Assembly: GCA_046757165.1 (NCBI GenBank)
Contig: JBHHXT010000114.1
Span: forward strand, 1-14,642
Direction: 5' to 3'
Length of the DNA: 14,642 nt
Origin: a bacterium
GTDB lineage: Bacteria > Zhuqueibacterota > Zhuqueibacteria > Oceanimicrobiales > Oceanimicrobiaceae
This document shows, piece by piece, positions 8,964-14,642 of this stretch; the stretch's first letter is position 1; every line of letters starts with the position of its first letter. Below the pieces are notes generated by a model that was not told where the DNA came from, did not search any database, and saw only the letters and a list, made by a program, of their open reading frames with translations. Made by a program: the position numbers and the translations under genes.

Positions 8964-11558
8964 TCACTTGATGAACGTCATTTTCTTCACAACCATCTGG
9001 TCTGCGATTTGCAAGCGGTAGAGATAAATACCGGAGCTGACTGTATTGCCGCGATCGTCGAAACCGTTCCACATAACCCGGTATCTTCCTGCCGTTTGAG
9101 GCTCATCGATCAAGGTGCGCACCTTTTGGCCCAGCAGATTATAGATATCCACAATCACATGCCCTGCTCGAGTCACCTTGTACTCAATTGTCGTTTGTGG
9201 ATTGAAGGGATTGGGATAGTTTTGAGCCAGGTCAAAACCACCGGGCACACCTCCGCGTCCGTTGTCCGTCACCGGACCAAGCTCCTCCACCGAGGTCAGC
9301 ACCACCGGGGTCAGAGCAAAGTCATCCCAGTAACTGGTACCGGTTGCAAAGTTCCAGTAACGAGCGCGTACCGTGGCATGGGTGGCTTCGGCTGGCGGCG
9401 TCAAGGGCATGGCATACAAGGTCCAGTCTGTGGTGGAGTCTGCCACATCGAACTGCATGTCTGCGCCGCCGATCTCATGCCAACCAGGAGCCGAGCTGTG
9501 CCAATTGACCGTGAAGCCAATCCGGAAGCCGTTATTCACCGCTGCGGAGTCGGCGCTGAAATCCACGGTCTTGACCCAGGCAGACAGGACATAGTCGGTG
9601 CTGGCATCGATAGGTGTGTGGTCGGAGATGAAAACCACCTCGTCGCTCTCGTTGTCTTCCTCCACGATCTTGAGGGCGTACGTGCCACTATGGACATCGT
9701 CGTCACTGATGGTCGCCGTGATCGGTATGTCACCGCGGATGAAATCCATCCACCAGTAGAACCAGCCCTCGGGTGCATTGAAGCTGTTGTTGAAAATGTC
9801 GCCTTCCCAGGTGCCTGTGGTCGGGTCGACTCTTCTGAGGAAGACATCATCGGCCCAGGCGGTGCCGGTGGCGTTCGAGCCGAACTTAAACGCGATGATG
9901 ACGGAATCAGACCGGACCGGCAGCTCGAACGGATCGCTTTTGATCTCGGTCCAGGTGCCGACCGTTGCCTGGTCCTGAGGGAGCGGAACCACGATGTCCT
10001 GTCCAAATATCAGGCCTCCGGTAGAGTCGTACATCGAGAACGCCAGGTAAATGGTTTCATTGTCAGCGGCGGGATTGGTGTTGACACTCTCGGTCTGCAC
10101 CCAGCCGCCGACTTCCAGGAGCTGCCCGGGCGCGAACCCACCCAGGTCATCATTGCCGCCGGCTCCGGCGCCCCAGGTGCGAGTCCAGTACTGATTCATG
10201 TTGTCAGAGACCCAGGCAGCCTCGCCGTTCTGGTCCGATTTGGTGATCTTCGCAGAGCGGTCCACACTGCGGGCCTTGTCTGTCGCCCACTCGACCTGTG
10301 CCGCTGTGGTGCCGGTGGTCATCGTATTCCACAAGTGCGGTTTCGTGGCCCCATCAAAACCGTTGTTTGACAGAGCGTTGGTCACATCCGAAACCTTAGT
10401 CAGGGCGAAATCGTCCCAGTAGCTTGTGCCGGTCGCAAAGTTCCAGTACCGAGCGCGGACCGTGGCATGGGTGGCCTCGGCTGGCGGCGTCAACGACATG
10501 GCGTACAAAGTCCAATCTGTGGTGGAGTCGGCCACCTCGAATTGCAGGTCGGCGCCGCCGATCTCATGCCAGCCAGGAGCCGAGCTGTGCCAATTGACTG
10601 TGAAGCCAATCCGGAATCCGTTGTTCACCGCTGCGGAGTCGGCACTGAAATCCACGGTCTTGACCCAGGCAGAGAGGATATAATCGGAGCTGGCATCGAT
10701 AGGAAGGTGGTCAGATATGAAAACCACCTCGTCGCTCTCATTGTCTTCCTCGATGATCTTGAGCGCGTAGGTGCCACTATGGACATCGTCGTCACTGATG
10801 GTCGCCGTGATCGGTATGTCACCGCGGATGAAATCCATCCACCAGTAGAACCAGCCCTCGGGTGCATTGAAGCTGTTGTTGAAAATGTCGCCTTCCCAGG
10901 TGCCTGTGGTCGGGTCGACTCTTCTGAGGAAGACATCATCGGCCCAGGCGGTGCCGGTGGCGTTCGAGCCGAACTTAAACGCGATGATGACGGAATCAGA
11001 CCGGACCGGCAGCTCGAACGGATCGCTTTTGATCTCGGTCCAGGTGCCGACCGTTGCCTGGTCCTGAGGGAGCGGAACCACGATGTCCTGTCCAAATATC
11101 AGGCCTCCGGTAGAGTCGTACATCGAGAACGCCAGGTAAATGGTTTCATTGTCAGCGGCGGGATTGGTGTTGACACTCTCGGTCTGCACCCAGCCGCCGA
11201 CTTCCAGGAGCTGCCCGGGCGCGAACCCACCCAGGTCATCATTGCCGCCGGCTCCGGCGCCCCAGGTGCGAGTCCAGTACTGATTCATGTTGTCAGAGAC
11301 CCAGGCAGCCTCGCCGTTCTGGTCCGATTTGGTGATCTTCGCAGAGCGGTCCACACTGCGGGCCTTGTCTGTGGCCCACTCGACCTGTGCCGCTGTGGTG
11401 CCGGTGGTCATTCTATGCCACAGGTGTGGACGGTTCGCGGTTTCAAACCCCCCCTGTGCAAAAAAGTCCGTCTGAGCTGACGAGACCAAAGGCAAGCCCA
11501 GCCAAATAAGGGGCGTAAACATCACCGCAGCTTTTACGTTAAGAATGCGCCAATTCAT
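8964..11558 (-). CDS. Secreted protein with four CBM-like (CBM4/9/16/22-type jelly-roll) modules and a T9SS type A/FlgD-Ig C-terminal domain
   Basis: Start reassigned to ATG 11558 (AGGAGGA at 11570-11564, followed by signal peptide MNWRILNVK...VSSA), giving 864 aa. Modules show GGFE/NGFD...HSGTYALKI...YxLSAWVKT...WDD patterns. C-terminus AQNYPNPFNPQTTIEY...IYNLLGQKVRTL...SGIYLYRL...KKMTFIK. The CBM assignment is pattern-based. Confidence 0.82.
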   Translation of the reverse strand: MNWRILNVKAAVMFTPLIWLGLPLVSSAQTDFFAQGGFETANRPHLWHRMTTGTTAAQVEWATDKARSVDRSAKITKSDQNGEAAWVSDNMNQYWTRTWGAGAGGNDDLGGFAPGQLLEVGGWVQTESVNTNPAADNETIYLAFSMYDSTGGLIFGQDIVVPLPQDQATVGTWTEIKSDPFELPVRSDSVIIAFKFGSNATGTAWADDVFLRRVDPTTGTWEGDIFNNSFNAPEGWFYWWMDFIRGDIPITATISDDDVHSGTYALKIIEEDNESDEVVFISDHLPIDASSDYILSAWVKTVDFSADSAAVNNGFRIGFTVNWHSSAPGWHEIGGADLQFEVADSTTDWTLYAMSLTPPAEATHATVRARYWNFATGTSYWDDFALTKVSDVTNALSNNGFDGATKPHLWNTMTTGTTAAQVEWATDKARSVDRSAKITKSDQNGEAAWVSDNMNQYWTRTWGAGAGGNDDLGGFAPGQLLEVGGWVQTESVNTNPAADNETIYLAFSMYDSTGGLIFGQDIVVPLPQDQATVGTWTEIKSDPFELPVRSDSVIIAFKFGSNATGTAWADDVFLRRVDPTTGTWEGDIFNNSFNAPEGWFYWWMDFIRGDIPITATISDDDVHSGTYALKIVEEDNESDEVVFISDHTPIDASTDYVLSAWVKTVDFSADSAAVNNGFRIGFTVNWHSSAPGWHEIGGADMQFDVADSTTDWTLYAMPLTPPAEATHATVRARYWNFATGTSYWDDFALTPVVLTSVEELGPVTDNGRGGVPGGFDLAQNYPNPFNPQTTIEYKVTRAGHVIVDIYNLLGQKVRTLIDEPQTAGRYRVMWNGFDDRGNTVSSGIYLYRLQIADQMVVKKMTFIK
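9310..11459. repeat. Intragenic tandem duplication, period 1089 bp (363 codons)
   Basis: ~9310-10370 aligns without gaps to ~10399-11459. By manual comparison 9682-10283 and 10771-11372 are identical, while the flanks differ mostly at third codon positions. Confidence 0.97.
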
Positions 11559-11837
11559 TACGTTCCTCCTTTTTTTGAAGAGTTTACGGAAAAGCCCATG
11601 CCTCCCATGACCTGACAAGAATTTGAACAAATGGGGCGTATCACCTCCTTTGGTATTTTTTAGGATGAAGCACACTTGACTTCTTTTCCCCTGCATCGAG
11701 ATCATTGTTAAGATTATTTTACTGTTGAGATTGTCCTTGCCATTTTGGTTTTTATTCTTTATATAGAAAACAGAAAGCCCTTGGCATGGTTTACAGTGTG
11801 TGTCTTGAACACACAGTAAACTAGCTTGGCGGATTCA

Positions 11838-11889
11838 GAGGCTACTGGTTAAAAGATTCTCGCAGGATCAACTAGTAGCCTCATTTTTT
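11838..11889 (+). terminator. Intrinsic terminator-like hairpin on the + strand (antisense to flanking genes)
   Basis: GAGGCTACTGGTT (11838-11850) pairs with AACTAGTAGCCTC (11870-11882), with inner stem GATTCT/AGGATC, followed by ATTTTTT. The G-U pairs work only on the + strand. Confidence 0.5.
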
Positions 11890-12040
11890 ACCCCTTGTCA
11901 GAGAGTCAGATCACATTTCGCAACCGTGCTTTCTTTTTTGTTTTTGCTTGCGCGGCTGAAGCACAGATTCGTAGGCCCCTCTTGAATTAGCACCAGACCT
12001 TATCTTTTCGGTACCTGTACACCGTCGATTGCCGTGATTG

Positions 12041-13072
12041 TCAGTGGCCATTCTGAGGGGCCTTCCCCGTGGATTCTCTAAGGACGAGCTCGGTCGGGAC
12101 CAGGACCTGGTCCACAGTCATCTTCTTGTTGTCAATCATCTCAACGAGGCGGCGCACCGCAATAGCCCCTAGGTCCTCCTTAAACACTTTTATTGTGGAC
12201 AGACGAGGCTCAACCTGGAGGCACATGTCAATATCATCAAATCCGATGATGGATACATCCTGCGGAACTCTGAACCTTTTTTCCCGCAAGTATCTCATCG
12301 CCCCGATTGCGACGGTATCGTTGGAAGCAAAAATAGCCGTGAAGCAAGCGCCTCCAGCCAGCAGGGTTCGTGTTGCTTCGTAGCCGTTTTCGACCCCCGT
12401 CAGGGGTTCCTTGCTGCTGATGAGGCGATCACTTATCTGCAGGCCATGACTGGTCAGGGTCTCTTGATAGCCCCGCAGACGTTCACTGATGCTGGGATGG
12501 TTTATCTCCCCGCCGATGAAAGCGATTTGACGATGCCCATTGCTGATGAAGTGCTCGACAGCGAGGCGTGCCCCTTGAAAATTATCGATCAAAACCCGTG
12601 AACATCGATCCGGGCTGGTGAAATAGTCAACCAGGACCAGCGGCAATTCCATCCTTTGAACGTAATCTACCAGCCCGGCCGGCACCTTTCCGGCCAGGAC
12701 GATGCCGTCGACATTTCTTTCCAGCAGGAATCTGGGAACCTGGGAACTTTCCCGAAAGCTCTTTTGGACGATGGTCAACAAAATGTAGTAGTCATACTTG
12801 CGCGCTTCAAACTCGGTGCCCAAAAAGACTTTTGTATAAAAGGGCTCTGCATTGGAGAAATGGTCTTCGGTCAGAATGAATCCGATGTTGTGAGTTTTCT
12901 TGGATGCCAGGCCCCGGGCATTCCTGCGAGGGTGGTAATTCAGCTCGGCAATCGCATCTTCGACCTTCTTCCTGGTTTCCTGACTCACGTTGGGTTTGTT
13001 ATTCAGGACCAGGGAGACGGTGGACAAAGAGACACCGGCTTTGTGCGCCACATCCTTAATTGTTGATGCCAT
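12041..13072 (-). CDS. LacI/GalR family transcriptional regulator
   Basis: HTH TIKDVAHKAGVSLSTVSLVLN, hinge YHPRRNARGL, sugar-binding domain motifs GHRQIAFIGG, VPQDVSIIGFDD, LVLREST. Confidence 0.97.
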   Translation of the reverse strand: MASTIKDVAHKAGVSLSTVSLVLNNKPNVSQETRKKVEDAIAELNYHPRRNARGLASKKTHNIGFILTEDHFSNAEPFYTKVFLGTEFEARKYDYYILLTIVQKSFRESSQVPRFLLERNVDGIVLAGKVPAGLVDYVQRMELPLVLVDYFTSPDRCSRVLIDNFQGARLAVEHFISNGHRQIAFIGGEINHPSISERLRGYQETLTSHGLQISDRLISSKEPLTGVENGYEATRTLLAGGACFTAIFASNDTVAIGAMRYLREKRFRVPQDVSIIGFDDIDMCLQVEPRLSTIKVFKEDLGAIAVRRLVEMIDNKKMTVDQVLVPTELVLRESTGKAPQNGH

Positions 13073-13085
13073 TTTTGAACTTAGA

Positions 13086-13101
13086 ATAGAAACGTTTTGA
13101 G
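13086..13101. promoter_or_regulatory. Second (degenerate) LacI-family operator ATAGAAACGTTTTGAG
   Basis: 13/16 match to the perfect palindrome, 13 bp upstream of the lacI ATG. Confidence 0.68.
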
Positions 13102-13177
13102 TAATGTATAGATTAGCTCTGTTGCCAGTAGCTATATAATTTCAACATTATCAATTAGAAAGGGCAGTAGAGGTGCT

Positions 13178-13193
13178 ATCGAAACGTTTCGAT
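13178..13193. promoter_or_regulatory. Perfect palindromic LacI-family operator ATCGAAACGTTTCGAT
   Basis: 16-bp perfect palindrome with the AAAC|GTTT central-CG core typical of LacI/GalR operators, upstream of the lacI-family gene and over its predicted transcription start. Confidence 0.85.
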
Positions 13194-13194
13194 G

Positions 13195-13223
13195 AAGATA
13201 AACAAATCGGATCAAATTGTCAA
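13195..13223 (-). promoter_or_regulatory. Sigma70-like promoter for the lacI-led locus
   Basis: Minus strand TTGACA (13223-13218), 17-nt spacer, TATCTT (13200-13195). Confidence 0.72.
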
Positions 13224-13317
13224 GAAAAAGTTTCAAATACATAAAAAAAGTTACAGGGGCAGCAGATATCCCTTCCAGACGGAGTCTCTCTATGGGATAA
13301 AGGATTGAATTTTTCGC

Positions 13318-13346
13318 TTGACAATGGGTGTTTCCTTTTGTAGTGT
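13318..13346 (+). promoter_or_regulatory. Sigma70-like promoter for the cyclodeaminase-family gene
   Basis: TTGACA (13318-13323), 17-nt spacer, TAGTGT (13341-13346). Confidence 0.65.
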
Positions 13347-13414
13347 ACGTCCATTCAATCCGGCCGGACAGCGGCAGGAATGAAACCATTAACCTTCACT
13401 CAGGCAGGCTCGAG

Positions 13415-14416
13415 ATGGAAGTTCTGATTGTCAACCAGAAAGAAGTGAGGCAGTTCTTGCCCATGGGCGAGTGCATGGATATCATGGCCGATGTGCTGAA
13501 AACTCTGAGTCAGGAGAATGCTTTGAATCCGTTGCGCTGGGCCATGTGGCTGCCCGACCGCAGGGGGTTGTTGGGAATGATGCCCGGCTATTTGGGAGAC
13601 AGCGAAATCATGGGCTTGAAAGCCGTGAGCGTCTTCCCGGCGAATCATGCCATTGAGCACGACTCGCACCAGGGCACGGTGCTGATTTTTGAGACAAAGA
13701 ACGGACGTCTGCTCGCGATCGTGGATGCCAGTGAAATCACGGCCATCCGAACGGCGGCGGTGAGCGGCGTGGCGACGAAATTGCTCGCCAACAACAACGC
13801 CGCCGACCTTGCCATTCTCGGTTCTGGAGTTCAAGCGCGTTCTCATCTCGAGGCGATGCTGGTCGCTCGAAAAATCACACGCGTGCGAGTCTGGAGTCGA
13901 AGCCAGGAGCATGCGGAACGCTTTGCTGAACGGGAATCGAAGCAGCATGATTTGAGAGTCGACCCCATGTCGACGGTTCAGGGCGCGGTTCAGGGCGCTG
14001 AAATCATCTGCACGACCACCTCCGCCACCGAGCCGATCCTGAATGGTGACTGGATCGCTTCAGGCGCCCACATCAACGCTGTTGGCTCGAGTGTTGCCTT
14101 TGCACGGGAATTGGACACGGCGGCGGTTGCCAGGTCGCGATTGTTCGTGGATCGGAGGGAGTCCACAATCAACGAAGCCGGCGATTTTCTGTTCGCCAAG
14201 AAGGAAGGTGCCATCGACGACGACCATATTCTGGCAGAGCTTGGTGAAATATTGCTGGGAAAAAGTGAGGGTCGAGAGACCCGGGCAGAGGTGACCCTGT
14301 TCAAGTCGCTTGGCCTGGCTGTCGAAGACATCGCCTCCGCGCATCACATCTACAAGAAGATGCGCGAAGCGGGCAAGGGCAGATGGCTCGAAATAGGGGG
14401 GATGAAACCGGTCTGA
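13415..14416 (+). CDS. Ornithine cyclodeaminase/mu-crystallin family protein
   Basis: Motifs TAIRTAAVS, LAILGSGVQA, HINAVG, LFKSLGLAVED. ATG 13415 (MEVLIVN, 333 aa) is preferred over GTG 13328, which lies inside the predicted promoter. Confidence 0.93.
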   Translation: MEVLIVNQKEVRQFLPMGECMDIMADVLKTLSQENALNPLRWAMWLPDRRGLLGMMPGYLGDSEIMGLKAVSVFPANHAIEHDSHQGTVLIFETKNGRLLAIVDASEITAIRTAAVSGVATKLLANNNAADLAILGSGVQARSHLEAMLVARKITRVRVWSRSQEHAERFAERESKQHDLRVDPMSTVQGAVQGAEIICTTTSATEPILNGDWIASGAHINAVGSSVAFARELDTAAVARSRLFVDRRESTINEAGDFLFAKKEGAIDDDHILAELGEILLGKSEGRETRAEVTLFKSLGLAVEDIASAHHIYKKMREAGKGRWLEIGGMKPV

Positions 14417-14508
14417 AGTTGAGTTTCTGGGGGGCTACTTGAGTATCAAGCCGGAAATTCTAAGTCCTAAGCTCAAGCTCCAAATTCTAACCTAACCTAA
14501 TAATTCGT

Positions 14509-14573
14509 TCACCGCAAAGGCGCAAAGAACGCGAAGAGAAAGCTATATATCTGTTATTTGTTTTTTTGGGGTT
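14509..14573 (+). repeat. Dispersed intergenic repeat, second copy of 1813-1877
   Basis: 59/65 identical to 1813-1877 in the same orientation; all six differences are transitions. Confidence 0.92.
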
Positions 14574-14642
14574 CAAGTAGTCAAGAAACTAATTTTTTTC
14601 GCAGACTTCGCTGCGAAAAAAGTCATTTAGCGCTTCGCGCCG

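Noticed and set aside
9310..10770. Diversity-generating retroelement template/variable repeat pair
   Set aside because: Differences are mostly synonymous and not adenine-specific, both copies are in-frame coding, and there is no reverse transcriptase in the window.
8874..11480. Long + strand ORFs (498 aa and 337 aa)
   Set aside because: Antisense shadows of the CBM gene; they repeat with the same period and show no protein family signature.
11640..11651. 16S rRNA 3'-end fragment (ATCACCTCCTTT on +)
   Set aside because: The match is only 12 nt with no other rRNA-like sequence; it is better read as an SD on the minus strand.
11559..11705. 49-aa N-terminal extension of the CBM protein given in the ORF track
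   Set aside because: It would bury the signal peptide, and ATG 11558 has a strong, well-spaced RBS.
13132..13414. 85-aa minus ORF and the 29-aa extension of the cyclodeaminase
   Set aside because: They run through the AT-rich promoter/operator region and do not look like real coding sequence.
1..14642. CRISPR array, tRNA, rRNA or transposase
   Set aside because: No regularly spaced repeat-spacer units, cloverleaf, rRNA-like tract or transposase motifs were seen.

Overview
Window from a Gram-negative FCB-type bacterium (KSB1/Calditrichota/Ignavibacteria-like gene content; inference). Most of it is a minus-strand, probably LacI-controlled, carbohydrate-uptake-like locus. In order: LacI regulator, secreted tandem CBM-like protein with a T9SS-type C-terminal domain (internal 1089-bp duplication with a ~600-bp identical core), TonB-dependent receptor, 1017-aa secreted protein with acidic Ca-binding-like loops and a variant CTD, PorV-like beta-barrel, and a double-parvulin PPIase. 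The locus probably continues off the left edge through an ATGA overlap. No SusD and no glycoside hydrolase are visible. A divergent ornithine cyclodeaminase/mu-crystallin gene lies at the right. Non-coding signals: two sigma70-like divergent promoters, a perfect 16-bp operator plus a second copy 92 bp away, a 165-bp MITE-like insertion at the porV-like stop codon with a partial second copy near the right edge, an antisense-oriented double-hairpin/terminator element, an orphan perfect Shine-Dalgarno, and a non-terminator hairpin after the CBM gene.
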